This document shows, one piece after another, positions 11,558 through 23,397 of a stretch of DNA of 64,000 nucleotides. The notes beneath the pieces are model-generated. The model searched no databases. It worked only from the letters and a program-made list of their open reading frames with translations, and had not been told where the DNA came from. Every line of letters starts with the position of its first letter. Within the stretch, counting starts at the first letter, position 1. Source of the DNA: an uncultured Nitrospiraceae bacterium (lineage in GTDB: Bacteria > Nitrospirota > Nitrospiria > Nitrospirales > Nitrospiraceae); NCBI GenBank assembly GCA_963846575.1, contig CAWJWJ010000002.1, forward strand, positions 1,792,001 through 1,856,000, read 5' to 3'. The position numbers and the translations under genes were made by a program.

Positions 11558-12345
11558 ACGTCGATCCCAATTCTCCTCGGCCCGAAGAAACCTCGGCCCC
11601 GACCGGACCGGTTGTCGTGCCCGCGGCCTCAGAACCGGCTGCGGGTCATTCGACGACCGGATCGGCTGCCCGCACGACTCAACCCGCCCACAAATCGATC
11701 GTGCGGGAGTATGCCGAGGCGATCATCATCGCCATGTTGCTGGCTTTTGCCATCCGGGTTTTCGTCGTGCAGGCGTTCAAAATTCCTTCCGGATCCATGA
11801 TTCCCACGCTCCTGGTGGGCGATCACATTTTAGTGAGCAAGCTCTCCTATGGATTGCAATGGCCGGTAGACTGTCAGATCAAGCCGGGATTTCCCCCGAT
11901 CACCTGTTACTCCTCGCGAACAGTGATGCCATTTGGCTCAATCCAGCGCGGCGATATCATCGTGTTCCGGTTCCCCGAAGATGAGGACAAGGATTTCATC
12001 AAGCGGGTGGTCGGTTTACCGGGCGATACCATTCAAATTCGAAATAAGGTTGTGCATGTGAACGGCACGCCGTTTGAGGATCACGCCTTTACCCAGCACA
12101 CCGATCCTCCCATTCATGACGGACGCATCAGCCCGCGTGACAATTTCGGTCCGGTCACGGTGCCCGAGGATGCGTACTTCGTGATGGGAGATAATCGGGA
12201 CCACAGTCTCGACAGCCGGTTCTGGGGCTACGTCCGCACTGAAAAAGTCCGGGGTAAAGCATTCCGCATTTACTGGTCGTGGAGCGGTCAAGGATCATGG
12301 ACCGAATGGGTACGATGGGAAAGGTTAGGAAAAGCCATCCAGTAG
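11554..12345 (+). CDS. lepB: Signal peptidase I
   Basis: [40 protein letters not shown] overlap with lepA. Confidence 0.97.
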   Translation: MNVDPNSPRPEETSAPTGPVVVPAASEPAAGHSTTGSAARTTQPAHKSIVREYAEAIIIAMLLAFAIRVFVVQAFKIPSGSMIPTLLVGDHILVSKLSYGLQWPVDCQIKPGFPPITCYSSRTVMPFGSIQRGDIIVFRFPEDEDKDFIKRVVGLPGDTIQIRNKVVHVNGTPFEDHAFTQHTDPPIHDGRISPRDNFGPVTVPEDAYFVMGDNRDHSLDSRFWGYVRTEKVRGKAFRIYWSWSGQGSWTEWVRWERLGKAIQ

Positions 12346-13379
12346 CACGCTCCGTGCACTCCGGCCCGTCTGGCGCACAGCCGGACGACGGGGCGCCAGA
12401 CGAAGCGGCTACCCTGAGGGCTTACGTTGGGCGCTTCCCCAGAGCCAGCGTGCTGGTCATCGGAGACCTCATTCTCGATCACTATGTATGGGGACGCGTC
12501 AGCCGGATTTCTCCGGAAGCGCCGGTACCAGTGGTCCACGTCGAGTCCGAATCGCTCAAACTGGGAGGGGCGGCCAATGTCTTCAACAACATTCTCGCCC
12601 TCGGCGGAAAAGCCGACATCTGCGGAGTGATCGGCGCCGATGAAAGTGGCCGACTTCTGTTAAAAGAGCTGGGTGGACGGCGGCAGGGTCGAGGCGGGGT
12701 GGTCATCGACCAGAACCGGCCGACAACACGAAAATCCCGCGTGGTTGCCCACAATCAACAAATCGTTCGGTATGACGTGGAGCGTCGGACGGAACTGACG
12801 ACATTGTTGCAGCGCCGCATTCTCCGATACGTCGAATCCAGGCTGAAGGAGCTCACCTGCCTGGTCGTGTCGGACTATGCGAAGGGTGTCGTCACGGCCT
12901 CATTAATGACCGAGTTGACTCGACTCGCCGGTCAGCGCAAAATTCCGATTGTCGTCGATCCCAAGGTTGAGCATTTCAGCTACTACCGCGGGGTGACCGT
13001 GGTCACGCCGAACCATCTTGAAGCCACCCAGGCCGCCGGGGTCCATGGAGAGGACGACCAGGCCATCAACAAGGCCGGCACGACCATCCGCCAGCGTTTG
13101 GGCTGTCAGACTGTCCTGGTCACCAGGGGTGAACGGGGCATGAGTGTCTATCAGGGACATGGCGATCACTGGCATATTCCCACCCGGGCACGCCAGGTCT
13201 ATGACGTCACAGGCGCGGGCGATACCGTCGTCGGCACCTTGGCTCTTGCGCTGTCAACCGGCGCCTCGATGAGGGAGGCTGCGGTGCTCGCCAATCAGGC
13301 GGCGGGCGTGGTGGTCGGAATGATCGGAACCGCCACTGTCACCGCGGCACAATTGACTGATTCGTTAGGACCCGGCTGA
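12315..13379 (+). CDS. rfaE1: D-glycero-beta-D-manno-heptose-7-phosphate kinase (stand-alone HldE kinase domain); start uncertain
   Basis: RISPEAPVPV, GGAANV, SDYAKG, VYDVTGAGDT. Confidence 0.93.
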   Translation: MGKVRKSHPVARSVHSGPSGAQPDDGAPDEAATLRAYVGRFPRASVLVIGDLILDHYVWGRVSRISPEAPVPVVHVESESLKLGGAANVFNNILALGGKADICGVIGADESGRLLLKELGGRRQGRGGVVIDQNRPTTRKSRVVAHNQQIVRYDVERRTELTTLLQRRILRYVESRLKELTCLVVSDYAKGVVTASLMTELTRLAGQRKIPIVVDPKVEHFSYYRGVTVVTPNHLEATQAAGVHGEDDQAINKAGTTIRQRLGCQTVLVTRGERGMSVYQGHGDHWHIPTRARQVYDVTGAGDTVVGTLALALSTGASMREAAVLANQAAGVVVGMIGTATVTAAQLTDSLGPG

Positions 13380-13380
13380 C

Positions 13381-14154
13381 ATGACCCGGTCGGTGACGGT
13401 CGTGATTCCGGCTCGGTACGGATCCTCCCGGTTTCCTGGAAAACCATTGGTTGAATTGCTGGGCAAGCCCATGATCCAGCACGTCTACGAACAGGCTCAG
13501 GCCTGTCGCATCGTGAATAACGTGCTGGTTGCGACAGATGACGAGCGCATCCGTCGAGCGGTCGAGGGATTCGGCGGACGGGTCGTGTTGATGACGGAGC
13601 CCTTCCGCACGGGAACCGATCGCGTGGCCGGTATCGCGCAGACTCAGCCGGGTGATTGTTTCATCGACTTGCAGGGAGACGAGATTCTCCTCCATCCCGA
13701 TCTCATCACGGATTTGGCGGAGCCGTTCCTGGCCAGCGAAGCAGCCATGGGTACACTAAAACGACGGATCGAATCGGACCAGGATCTCCATAATCCCGGC
13801 GTGGTGAAGGTCACGACCGATCGTGACGGCTATGCTCTCTACTTTTCGCGCGCGCCGATCCCCTTGGTGCGCGACGACTCGCGGCGGGCCGCCGTTCCGG
13901 GACTTCATTTCATTCACCTGGGCCTCTATATTTACCGGCGTGAGACCTTGATGCGCCTTGCCGGCTTACCCACAGGGGTCCTCGAAGAGGCGGAAAAACT
14001 CGAGCAATTGCGCGCCTTGGAGCATGGCATTCCGATTCGTGTGTGGGAAACCTCTCATGCCTCTCTGCGCATCGATAGCCCGGACGACGTCGCCGGCGCG
14101 GTAGCACAACTTCGGAAACGCGACACCGAACGCTGCATCAGTCAACCGTCATGA
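13381..14154 (+). CDS. kdsB: 3-deoxy-manno-octulosonate cytidylyltransferase
   Basis: [37 protein letters not shown]. Confidence 0.97.
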   Translation: MTRSVTVVIPARYGSSRFPGKPLVELLGKPMIQHVYEQAQACRIVNNVLVATDDERIRRAVEGFGGRVVLMTEPFRTGTDRVAGIAQTQPGDCFIDLQGDEILLHPDLITDLAEPFLASEAAMGTLKRRIESDQDLHNPGVVKVTTDRDGYALYFSRAPIPLVRDDSRRAAVPGLHFIHLGLYIYRRETLMRLAGLPTGVLEEAEKLEQLRALEHGIPIRVWETSHASLRIDSPDDVAGAVAQLRKRDTERCISQPS

Positions 14155-14185
14155 GGAACAGCCGCATTCACAAGAAGGTGCAACG

Positions 14186-15787
14186 ATGAGCAAATTCATA
14201 TTTGTGACCGGCGGTGTCGTGTCGTCTCTGGGAAAAGGGCTGGCCTCCGCGTCTATCGGTAATCTGCTGGAAAGTCGCGGCCTGAAAATCACCTTTTTGA
14301 AGCTTGATCCCTACATCAACGTCGACCCCGGAACGATGAATCCCTATCAGCACGGGGAGGTCTACGTCACGGAGGACGGGGCGGAGACCGATCTGGATCT
14401 CGGCCACTACGAGCGCTATACGTCGCTGACGCTGACGCGGGAAAACAACTACACCACCGGCCGCATTTATCATTCCGTGATCACAAAGGAACGCCGCGGA
14501 GACTACCTGGGTGGTACCGTGCAAGTCGTGCCGCACGTCACGGACGAAATCAAGCAATGCATCATGCGGATCTCCAAGGGGATGGATGTGACGATCGTCG
14601 AGATCGGCGGAACTGTGGGCGATATCGAGAGCCTGCCTTTCCTTGAGGCCATCCGGCAGATCCCCTACGACGTCGGACGCGACAACGTTCTGTATGTGCA
14701 TCTCACGCTCGTGCCTTACATCGGAGCCGCCGGAGAACTGAAAACGAAACCGACGCAGCATTCGGTCAACAAGCTCCGCGAAATCGGCATTCAGCCGAAT
14801 ATCCTGTTGTGCCGAACCGATCGGTATCTGCCGCCTGAGCTCAAGGCCAAGATCGCCATGTTCTGCAATGTGGAAAAAGATGCCGTTATCACGGCCAAGG
14901 ATGTCGAGACCATCTATGAAGTGCCGATCGTGTTCCGCAAGGAAGGGTTGGACGAACTCATTGTCCGGTTGCTCAAGCTGGAAACCGGTCCGCCGAATCT
15001 CCGCGAATGGGATGCGATGGTGCAGAAGATCAAACATCCCAAACATGAAGTCTCCATCGCACTGGTCGGGAAGTATGCCGGCTTAAAAGAATGTTACAAG
15101 AGCCTGGCCGAAGCGCTGGTGCATGGGGGCATCGACCATGAAACACGCGTACAGATTACCTGGATCGAATCCGAAGAGGTCGAACGCCAAGGCACCGAGC
15201 GCATCCTGCGCGAGGCGGATGGCATCCTGATTCCCGGAGGCTTCGGGGCGCGTGGCATCGAAGGCAAGGTCATTACGATCCAATACGCCCGCGAACATCA
15301 GGTTCCATTTCTCGGGCTCTGCTTGGGGATGCAATGCGCCACCATCGAATTCGCCCGCAACGTTGCCGGCCTTACTGGAGCGAACAGCGCTGAGTTCGAC
15401 GCGCAGTCTCCGCATCCGGTAATTCATTTGATGTCCGACCAGCAGTCAGTCAGCGACAAAGGCGGGACCATGCGACTCGGATCCTATCCCTGCCAACTCG
15501 GCGAGGGAACGCTGGCGCAGAAAATGTACGGCCTCAGTGAAGTGCCCGAACGCCATCGCCACCGGTATGAGTTCAACAATGCCTATCGTGACCGACTCAC
15601 CGCGAAGGGCCTGATATTGAGTGGGCTCTCACCGGATAGTCGGCTGGTGGAAATTGTCGAGTTGCAGAATCATCCCTGGTTTCTGGCGACGCAGTTCCAT
15701 CCGGAATACAACTCGCGGCCGCACCATCCGCACCCCTTATTCACGGGATTTGTGGGGGCTGCGCTGCGCCGGAAATGCGGCCACTGA
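14186..15787 (+). CDS. pyrG: CTP synthase
   Basis: [41 protein letters not shown]. Confidence 0.99.
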   Translation: MSKFIFVTGGVVSSLGKGLASASIGNLLESRGLKITFLKLDPYINVDPGTMNPYQHGEVYVTEDGAETDLDLGHYERYTSLTLTRENNYTTGRIYHSVITKERRGDYLGGTVQVVPHVTDEIKQCIMRISKGMDVTIVEIGGTVGDIESLPFLEAIRQIPYDVGRDNVLYVHLTLVPYIGAAGELKTKPTQHSVNKLREIGIQPNILLCRTDRYLPPELKAKIAMFCNVEKDAVITAKDVETIYEVPIVFRKEGLDELIVRLLKLETGPPNLREWDAMVQKIKHPKHEVSIALVGKYAGLKECYKSLAEALVHGGIDHETRVQITWIESEEVERQGTERILREADGILIPGGFGARGIEGKVITIQYAREHQVPFLGLCLGMQCATIEFARNVAGLTGANSAEFDAQSPHPVIHLMSDQQSVSDKGGTMRLGSYPCQLGEGTLAQKMYGLSEVPERHRHRYEFNNAYRDRLTAKGLILSGLSPDSRLVEIVELQNHPWFLATQFHPEYNSRPHHPHPLFTGFVGAALRRKCGH

Positions 15788-15830
15788 GTCGGATGGTGAG
15801 CACCCTGCGATTGATTCAAGGTCGAAACTA

Positions 15831-16664
15831 ATGGCACATGAAGTGGATCTCGGACAATTTAAGCTCGGGGCGGGGAATCGGCCGTTTTTGATCGCAGGAC
15901 CCTGCGTGATTGAGAGCGAACAACTTGCGATGGACACCGCCGGGCGCATTGCCGAGATTACCAAAGCTCTAGGCATGCCTTATATCTTCAAATCGTCCTA
16001 CGACAAAGCGAATCGCACCTCCATCACGTCCTACCGGGGACCGGGTTTGGAAAAGGGGCTCGCCATACTCGCCAAGGTGAAGCAACAGCTCGGCCTGCCG
16101 GTATTGACCGACGTCCATTCAGAAGAGCAGGCGACGGAAGCCGGCCACATCGTGGATATTCTCCAAATCCCCGCATTTCTCTGCCGCCAAACCGATCTCC
16201 TGATTGCCGCGGCCAAGACGGGCAAAGTGGTGAATATCAAGAAGGGGCAGTTTCTCTCGCCACTGGAAATGGCGAACGCCGTCAAAAAAGTCGAGGATTG
16301 CGGCAACCGGCGTATTGTGTTGACTGAACGGGGTTCTTCGTTCGGCTACAATAACCTGGTTGTAGACATGCGCACCTTCCCGATCATGCGCCGTTTTGGA
16401 TATCCCGTGGTCTTCGACGCGACCCACAGTGTGCAACTCCCCGGCGGGGGCGGCACACAATCAAGCGGACAGCGGGAATTTGTCGAGCCCCTGGCCTGCG
16501 CAGCGGCTGGAGCCGGCTGTGATGGGTTTTTTATGGAAGTGCATCCCGATCCGGACTCCGCGTTATCTGACGGGCCGAACATGGTCCCTCTCCATACTCT
16601 TCAATCCCTGCTCCAACGGGTGTTACGTATATGCGACGCAGCCGCCACACAACCAGCTCACTGA
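15831..16664 (+). CDS. kdsA: KDO 8-phosphate synthase
   Basis: [41 protein letters not shown]. Confidence 0.98.
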   Translation: MAHEVDLGQFKLGAGNRPFLIAGPCVIESEQLAMDTAGRIAEITKALGMPYIFKSSYDKANRTSITSYRGPGLEKGLAILAKVKQQLGLPVLTDVHSEEQATEAGHIVDILQIPAFLCRQTDLLIAAAKTGKVVNIKKGQFLSPLEMANAVKKVEDCGNRRIVLTERGSSFGYNNLVVDMRTFPIMRRFGYPVVFDATHSVQLPGGGGTQSSGQREFVEPLACAAAGAGCDGFFMEVHPDPDSALSDGPNMVPLHTLQSLLQRVLRICDAAATQPAH

Positions 16665-17668
16665 ACGGCAAACGATCCCGGCGCGGCCTCCGCCGGGTCT
16701 CGCCCGATGCCAGCGTGCAAGAGGGAAAACGGGTCCTGGAGATCGAAGCGCGTGCGGTGCGGGACCTGATTAGCCGTCTCGATGGACAGTTCGCCCGCGC
16801 CGTCACTTTTCTCTACGAATGCCGGGGCAAGGTCATCATTTCCGGCATGGGAAAATCCGGCCTCATCGGCCAAAAAATAGCAGCAACCTTGGCGAGCACC
16901 GGCACGCCGTCCTTCTTCCTCCATCCGGCAGAAGGCGTCCATGGCGATCTGGGCATGTTAGCCAAGCAGGACGCCCTCATCGCAATCTCCAACAGCGGGG
17001 AGACGCAGGAGGTGCTCCAGTTGTTGCCGTTCGTCAAACGCCTGAACGTGCCGGTGGTGGCACTCACCGGTAGCATGACATCGACCCTGGCTAAAAACAG
17101 CGATGTGACACTGGATGTTTCCGTCAACGAGGAGGCGTGCCCGCTGGGGTTGGCTCCCACGGCCAGTACGACTGCCACGCTGGCCATGGGGGATGCTCTG
17201 GCGGTCGCTCTGTTGCAAAAACGTGGGTTCAAACAAGACGATTTCGCCCAATTCCATCCTGGCGGTACCTTGGGCCGCCGACTGTTGGTGAAGGTGCGGG
17301 ATCTGATGCAGCAGGGAGTCCATTTGCCGCGCGTGCGGCAGGATGCCTCCGGGTCGGACACGATTTTAGAAATGACCTCTAAAAAACTCGGCATGACCAC
17401 TGTCGTGAACCGCAAGGGCACCCTCTATGGAATCGTCACCGATGGAGACCTGCGTCGCTTCATTCAGGGAGGCGGGGACTTCAGCCGGGTGACGGCAGCC
17501 CACCTGGCCAGTCGGCGGCCGAAGACCATCGCACCGGACGAACTGGCCACGACGGCCGTGGCACTCATGGAGCGGTTTTCTATCACGGCTCTCGTGGTCC
17601 TGGAGCCCCCGAATCGCCTGGCCGGGGTCGTTCACTTGCATGACCTCTTAAAAAACGGCATTGTGTAG
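16631..17668 (+). CDS. kdsD: Arabinose 5-phosphate isomerase (SIS + CBS)
   Basis: [27 protein letters not shown]-terminal CBS pair. Confidence 0.96.
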   Translation: MRRSRHTTSSLNGKRSRRGLRRVSPDASVQEGKRVLEIEARAVRDLISRLDGQFARAVTFLYECRGKVIISGMGKSGLIGQKIAATLASTGTPSFFLHPAEGVHGDLGMLAKQDALIAISNSGETQEVLQLLPFVKRLNVPVVALTGSMTSTLAKNSDVTLDVSVNEEACPLGLAPTASTTATLAMGDALAVALLQKRGFKQDDFAQFHPGGTLGRRLLVKVRDLMQQGVHLPRVRQDASGSDTILEMTSKKLGMTTVVNRKGTLYGIVTDGDLRRFIQGGGDFSRVTAAHLASRRPKTIAPDELATTAVALMERFSITALVVLEPPNRLAGVVHLHDLLKNGIV

Positions 17669-17700
17669 GGACACCATTGGGGAGCGTGAGATAGGAAGAC

Positions 17701-18324
17701 GTGAAGACGACGGGAGAGAACTGGAAACAGGCCGGGTTGGTCTTGATGCGGTCGGCGGGGCAGGAGAGCAATATCAACCTGCCCAATGTCCTGACGCTCG
17801 TCAGGATTCTGCTGATCCCGGTGTTTGTCATGCTGTTGATCGATCCCACTCCGGATCGCGCTCTGGCCGCCGCCATCGTATTCGTCGTCGCCGCGGTCAC
17901 CGATCTCCTTGATGGGTATGTGGCAAGGAGAACCGGGCAGATCACCAAACTGGGGCGGCTCCTGGACCCGATTGCAGACAAATTATTAGTACTGTCCGCA
18001 CTGATTTTGCTCGTTCAGGTCGATCGCGTCAGCGCGTTGGTCGCCATTCTGATCATCGCGCGGGAAGTGGCGGTGACCGGCATCCGTGCTATTGCCGCGA
18101 CTGAAGGGTTGATCATGTCCGCGGAAGTGACCGGGAAGTATAAAATGGCGCTACAGGTCATTGCCATTGTGCTACTGGTTCTTGAAGGAACCATGCTGGA
18201 GGCGGTCGGGAACCTTCACCTCGCAGGCATTGTGACGCTGTATCTTTCTCTCATTCTCGGCTATGTGTCCGGCGCGCAGTACGTCTGGAGTTTCTGGCGC
18301 CAGGTCGGTGTAAAGGGGCTGTAG
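17701..18324 (+). CDS. pgsA: CDP-diacylglycerol--glycerol-3-phosphate 3-phosphatidyltransferase
   Basis: NLPNVLTLVR, DLLDGYVARR...GRLLDPIADK. Confidence 0.95.
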   Translation: MKTTGENWKQAGLVLMRSAGQESNINLPNVLTLVRILLIPVFVMLLIDPTPDRALAAAIVFVVAAVTDLLDGYVARRTGQITKLGRLLDPIADKLLVLSALILLVQVDRVSALVAILIIAREVAVTGIRAIAATEGLIMSAEVTGKYKMALQVIAIVLLVLEGTMLEAVGNLHLAGIVTLYLSLILGYVSGAQYVWSFWRQVGVKGL

Positions 18325-18364
18325 CCGGATACCGTCGTCGGCCTCTGCATCCGGTGAATATCTA

Positions 18365-18967
18365 ATGGACAGTCCCTGGCTCATCGGGTTTTTCGCTCTT
18401 CTGGGCTATCTCATCGGGTCGATTCCCTTTGGCGTCGTCGTGTCACAGCTCTTGGGTGTTGCCGATCCACGATCGGCAGGTAGCAGGAACGTGGGGTTCA
18501 CGAACGTACTGCGGGTCAGTGGGAAAAAAGCCGGCATTCTAACGCTGCTGGGTGATATCGGAAAAGGATGGCTGGTCGGGTGGATCAGCACGCTAGTGTT
18601 TCACCAGGAAGTGGCCGTACTGCTCGTGGCAACGTCGTCTGTGCTAGGCCATTTGCATTCACTGTTCCTCCGGTTCAAGGGCGGAAAAGGGGTGGCGACG
18701 GCCTTGGGGGCTGTCTTGGGAGTCGCTCCCTTAGTCGGCCTCACACTCATGGGAATATGGGTCGGAGCGGTCTGGCTCTGGAAATATTCTTCCGGTGGTG
18801 CACTCGTGGCCTTCGGACTTTTTCCACTGGTCGCGGTGCTGTTTCATCGATCCTGGCTCTTCGCGGGTTTTGCGTGCGTGATGAGCCTGTTGATTTGGAG
18901 CAGGCACAGGGACAATTTAGTTCGTTTATGGAGCGGGACTGAATCTCGAATCGGCCAATCGAGTTGA
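18365..18967 (+). CDS. plsY: Glycerol-3-phosphate acyltransferase PlsY
   Basis: YLIGSIPFG, GSRNVGFTN, KGGKGVAT, RHRDNLVRL. Confidence 0.96.
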   Translation: MDSPWLIGFFALLGYLIGSIPFGVVVSQLLGVADPRSAGSRNVGFTNVLRVSGKKAGILTLLGDIGKGWLVGWISTLVFHQEVAVLLVATSSVLGHLHSLFLRFKGGKGVATALGAVLGVAPLVGLTLMGIWVGAVWLWKYSSGGALVAFGLFPLVAVLFHRSWLFAGFACVMSLLIWSRHRDNLVRLWSGTESRIGQSS

Positions 18968-18996
18968 CATAATATATCTTATCAGACATTCCATCT

Positions 18997-19635
18997 ATGC
19001 TGTCCTTTGAGCTCCTCGCTCGATTCCGCAAAGAACTCTCACTCACCGGAAGTGCCCTGTATGAAACGGTCGTCGCTATCGCGGAGCGAGTGAATCGCAA
19101 GGTGCAAATCCTTCGGCTGCACAGCCAGGCCACTGCGGCGCTGAATCAGATCCATGGCCTGCATCGGGACATCGGCCGTCGGGTGGCTGAGCTGGCAGCG
19201 ACACCCGCCCAGCTCGAAGCGCCGGATGTGCGAACTACGCGGCCGTCTTTGGAAGAAGCCCTGCGCACCGCGGCAGATCGAATTAAGGCATACCGTACGG
19301 GCTTACAGCAGGTGGAGAGCCACATTCGGGATCTGAAAATCGAGCTAGCGCAAGAAGACTTAATTACCATGCAGCGTGAACTGGGCATCCGTGGCGCCGC
19401 CATCGAGCGCGTAGTAGTCGTCCAGGGTGCCCCGGTGATCGGCCACCCGATCGGTGAATTCGATTTGCCGAGAACCACCCGTATTGTCGCGGTCTTTCGG
19501 GGACCATTTCTCCTTCCCCTTTCCGACGCGATGACGCTTCGTTCAGACGACATCGTTATTCTGACAGGCCTGCGCCAGGATCTCTGTCATTGGCTCCCCC
19601 ATTTTCAGAAGGCCGTTGCTACGAAAATGACCTAG
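18997..19635 (+). CDS. Hypothetical protein: N-terminal coiled coil plus C-terminal TrkA-C (RCK-C)-like domain
   Basis: APVIGHPIGEFDLP...IVAVFRG...LRSDDIVILTG resembles RCK-C. Confidence 0.7.
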   Translation: MLSFELLARFRKELSLTGSALYETVVAIAERVNRKVQILRLHSQATAALNQIHGLHRDIGRRVAELAATPAQLEAPDVRTTRPSLEEALRTAADRIKAYRTGLQQVESHIRDLKIELAQEDLITMQRELGIRGAAIERVVVVQGAPVIGHPIGEFDLPRTTRIVAVFRGPFLLPLSDAMTLRSDDIVILTGLRQDLCHWLPHFQKAVATKMT

Positions 19636-19715
19636 GCCCCTCTTTCCTTTCATCACAATTCTCGAATCTGATATTCTGTATCGATACTCTGTCATAGCCG
19701 TGGAGCGTCCTTATC

Positions 19716-21116
19716 ATGAAGCCATACCGCACCTGCGCATCCCTGCTCATTCTCAGCCTCAGCTTGTCCGGGTGGCTCACCGGTGGGATCGCCACAGCGC
19801 TGGCCGGCAACGGACCTGCTCAGCACAAGGATTCATCAGGACTGAGGCTGCTGGAAGAACTCCAAACCGTCATTACGGACCTGGCTGAGGAGGCTAAGCC
19901 CTCCGTCGTCAGCATTTTCCCCATCCAATCGCCTGGACGTTCACGGGAGGGGTCCGGCGAACGAATGCCCAACTCAACCGGCTCCGGGTCCGGAGTCATC
20001 GTGGATCCGGAGGGTCACATCATCACCAACAACCATGTCGTCGGTGATGCCGGGGAAGTCGAGGTTCGATTTTCCGATAAATCTAAACTGATCGCTCAAG
20101 TCATCGGCAAGGATCCGGATACGGACCTGGCTGTCCTGAAGGTGACGACCGACCATCCCCTCCCCGCCGCGCGCTTCGGAGACTCTACCGCGGTAAAGGT
20201 CGGTCAATGGGTGTTGGCGGTCGGAAATCCCTTTGGGCTGGACCGAACGGTCACCCTTGGAGTCGTGAGCGGAATCGGCCGCGAGAACATCAATCTGTCG
20301 CGATATGAAAATTTTATCCAGACCGATGCATCGATCAATCCCGGCAACTCCGGTGGACCGCTCTTCAATCTACGCGGTGACATCATCGGCATCAATACCG
20401 CCATCATTAATTTCGCACAGGGCATTGGGTTTGCCATCCCTTCCAATATGGCCAAGCACGTCATGCAGCAACTGATCGCAAAAGGGAAAGTGGTGCGCGC
20501 CTGGCTGGGCGTTGGCCTACAGCCCATGACTCAGGACCTAGCCAAGAAATTCGGCGTGGATGAGAACGAAGGAGTGCTGGTCAACGAAGTCTTCGAACGG
20601 GACCCGGCGGCATTGGCCGGAATCAAGCCGGGCGACGTCATTACGAAAGTCGACGGATCAGTGGTCGATACCCCTAACAAGCTGTCACGACTGGTGGCCG
20701 GACTCGACCCGGGATCCACGACGCAGGTGGAAGTGGTGCGGGACGGCAAGCGCATCATGCTCCAGGTCGCATTAAGTGAGCGGCGGGACACGGTGGTCAC
20801 GGCCTCGCTTCCCCAATCCAGATCAGACCTGAAGTTGGGCATCGACGTGCAGGATCTGACCGCGGCGCTGGCTGAAAAATTTCACCTGAAAGAAAGCCGG
20901 GGGGTCTTGATCTCCAAGGTGGAAACCGGCAGCCTGGCGCAGGCCGAAGGATTGCGCGAGGGAGACCTCGTCAAGGAAGTCAACCGCGTCGATACCGGTA
21001 CGGTGGGAGAATTCACCGCCGCCGTGTCTAAGATCAAACGCGGCGACACAATTCTCCTGCGGGTCTTGCGCGAGGGTCGCGCGTTCTATGTCGTGCTCAA
21101 GCCCGCTGATCCATAA
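19716..21116 (+). CDS. degP: HtrA/Do family serine protease with two PDZ domains
   Basis: TNNHVV, DLAVLK, TDASINPGNSGGPL; signal peptide. Confidence 0.93.
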   Translation: MKPYRTCASLLILSLSLSGWLTGGIATALAGNGPAQHKDSSGLRLLEELQTVITDLAEEAKPSVVSIFPIQSPGRSREGSGERMPNSTGSGSGVIVDPEGHIITNNHVVGDAGEVEVRFSDKSKLIAQVIGKDPDTDLAVLKVTTDHPLPAARFGDSTAVKVGQWVLAVGNPFGLDRTVTLGVVSGIGRENINLSRYENFIQTDASINPGNSGGPLFNLRGDIIGINTAIINFAQGIGFAIPSNMAKHVMQQLIAKGKVVRAWLGVGLQPMTQDLAKKFGVDENEGVLVNEVFERDPAALAGIKPGDVITKVDGSVVDTPNKLSRLVAGLDPGSTTQVEVVRDGKRIMLQVALSERRDTVVTASLPQSRSDLKLGIDVQDLTAALAEKFHLKESRGVLISKVETGSLAQAEGLREGDLVKEVNRVDTGTVGEFTAAVSKIKRGDTILLRVLREGRAFYVVLKPADP

Positions 21117-21160
21117 CCGCCCCCCACCCTTGCGACCAGGATCGCTCAATCACTCACAGA

Positions 21161-23269
21161 CTAATGCACGGTGGCGGCATGTTTCCCCGCCTTATGCTCC
21201 TCAATGACGCGGCCTGCGAGTTCTTTCGGCACCTCTTCGTACTGCGAGTACTCCATCAGGTACGTTCCCCGGCCTCCGGTCAGCGAATTCAGTGACGGGG
21301 CATACGATAACATTTCGGCTTGAGGAACAAGTGCCTTGACGGTTTCCATATGCCCGTTGGCCACGACCATGACAATCCGGCCGCGGCGTGCATTGAGATC
21401 ACCGAGGACCGCGCCGACGCAATCCGCCGGAACATCGACCTCTACGCTCATGACCGGCTCGAGCAGAATCGGATGCGCCGCCTCCAGGGCCTTCTTCACC
21501 CCCATAGAGCCGGCAATTTTGAAGGCCATTTCCGACGAATCCACCACATGGTAGGAGCCGTCGTACACGGTGACCCGAAGATCTACAACGGGGCAGCCGG
21601 CCAGCGGCCCTTCATGCAACGCCTCGACCACACCTTTCTCAACCGCCGGGACAAAGTTACGCGGGATGGCGCCACCGACTATCTTGTTCGCAAATGCGAA
21701 GCCCTGACCACGAGCCAAGGGACCGACTTCAAGCCAACAGTCTCCGTACTGACCGTGCCCGCCGGTTTGTTTCTTATACTTCCCTTGTGCCTGCGCCACC
21801 GTGCGAATCGACTCACGGTAGGCGATTTTCGGGGCATGCACCGTCACATCCGCCCCATACTTGCGATGCAGCTTTTCCAGCGCGACGTCGATGTGGAGTT
21901 GACCCATCCCACTCAATACCATTTCCTTGGTTTCCATGTGGCGAACAAACTCCAAGCAGGGGTCTTCTTCGATTAATTTGTGAAGCCCCAAACTGACCTT
22001 TTCCACGTCCGCCTTTGAGGCAGGTTCAATCGCGAATGACAGGATTGGTTTGGTGAACTGGATACGGGGATACTGAATCGGTGCTCGTTCGTCGCAGAGG
22101 GTATCGCCGGTCAGAGTATCCTTGAGCTTACCGATTGCCACAATGTCACCCGCGACGGCTCGCGGGAGCGGCGTATACTTTTTCCCGCAAATCGAAAATA
22201 CATGCCCCCCGCGTTCTTTCACCTGGCGTGTTGCATTATAAAAAGACGTGTCCGCCTCCAAGATGCCGGAATAAATACGCACATAGGACAGACGGCCCAC
22301 GAATGGGTCGATCAGAGTCTTAAATACGAGGGCCGAAAATGGATCACTCTCCAGCGGTTGGCGAGTGATCTGAGGCGATCCCTCCCGAATGGCATGACCA
22401 AGCAGCGGCGCGACTTGAGCCCGGCCAACCGGTGAAGGCATGAGATCCGCAAGACAGTTCAAGAGGGTAGAGATGCCAATGCGCCGAAGCGCCGAGCCAC
22501 CGATGATGGGAAGCATCAATCCACGCTGTACGCCGCGTCGCAATCCATCCAAGACGGCCTCGTCCGCCAATTCGCCATCCGTCAGATAGCGCTCCAGAAG
22601 CTGTTCGTCGGTCTCCGCGACCAGTTCGGTCAAGCGGCGCCTCGCACGATCGACCGGCTCGCGCCATTCGGATGGCACAGGGGCTTGCTGCGGCAGCGGG
22701 CGATCAGCCTGTGGCGTCACCATGAGGTTTTGGAGAAGGTCCACCACCGCGGTGAGTTGCGTACCGGCGCCAATTGGCAGTGTCAGGGGAATGACGGCAG
22801 TCTCGAGGTCCTTCATCAAGGTCTCCGCCAGCTGACCGAAATCCGTGCCGTCCCTGTCCAGGTCATTCACGAACACGACGCAAGGAAGTCCTGCCTCGCG
22901 GATGCTGGTCCAGAGCCGCTGGATGTCGCTTCGCACACCCATGGAGGCACTCACCACCAGAATCACGCTGTCTGACACCCGCAAAGCCGATCGCGTCTCT
23001 CCGGCGAAGCTGGGTGACCCCGGAGTATCAAGAAGATTGATGGAAGTGCCCTTGAAGGAGCAGCGAAGGGCGCTGGTATGAAGTGAGGTCCGGCGGTGAA
23101 TTTCTTCCGGTTCGAAATCAGAGGCCGTATTGCCCGCGACGACGGAACCTAGAGCAGGCAGAGTGCCGGCAGAATAAGCCAACGCTTCAACTAACGAGGT
23201 TTTTCCCGATCCCGCATTCGACACCACAGCCACATTTCTCATGGTTTCGGTGAGGGAAACGTTCATCAT
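21161..23269 (-). CDS. Elongation factor G paralog (EF-G2 / FusA-like)
   Basis: GSGKTS, DTPG, MGQLH, KKQTGGHGQYGD, DGSYHVVDSSEMAF; GGAGG RBS; outside the str operon. Confidence 0.93.
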   Translation of the reverse strand: MMNVSLTETMRNVAVVSNAGSGKTSLVEALAYSAGTLPALGSVVAGNTASDFEPEEIHRRTSLHTSALRCSFKGTSINLLDTPGSPSFAGETRSALRVSDSVILVVSASMGVRSDIQRLWTSIREAGLPCVVFVNDLDRDGTDFGQLAETLMKDLETAVIPLTLPIGAGTQLTAVVDLLQNLMVTPQADRPLPQQAPVPSEWREPVDRARRRLTELVAETDEQLLERYLTDGELADEAVLDGLRRGVQRGLMLPIIGGSALRRIGISTLLNCLADLMPSPVGRAQVAPLLGHAIREGSPQITRQPLESDPFSALVFKTLIDPFVGRLSYVRIYSGILEADTSFYNATRQVKERGGHVFSICGKKYTPLPRAVAGDIVAIGKLKDTLTGDTLCDERAPIQYPRIQFTKPILSFAIEPASKADVEKVSLGLHKLIEEDPCLEFVRHMETKEMVLSGMGQLHIDVALEKLHRKYGADVTVHAPKIAYRESIRTVAQAQGKYKKQTGGHGQYGDCWLEVGPLARGQGFAFANKIVGGAIPRNFVPAVEKGVVEALHEGPLAGCPVVDLRVTVYDGSYHVVDSSEMAFKIAGSMGVKKALEAAHPILLEPVMSVEVDVPADCVGAVLGDLNARRGRIVMVVANGHMETVKALVPQAEMLSYAPSLNSLTGGRGTYLMEYSQYEEVPKELAGRVIEEHKAGKHAATVH

Positions 23270-23397
23270 GACCTCCTCCAGTGAGTCGGCGGCCTCCATG
23301 GGCCTGGGTTAGATCTTTAAGAGAATACGATGCCTTCCTTTCTTATCCGCTCGATTGGCATCGGCCGGGCCGGTAGAGGGTCCACTTATGTGGGGAC

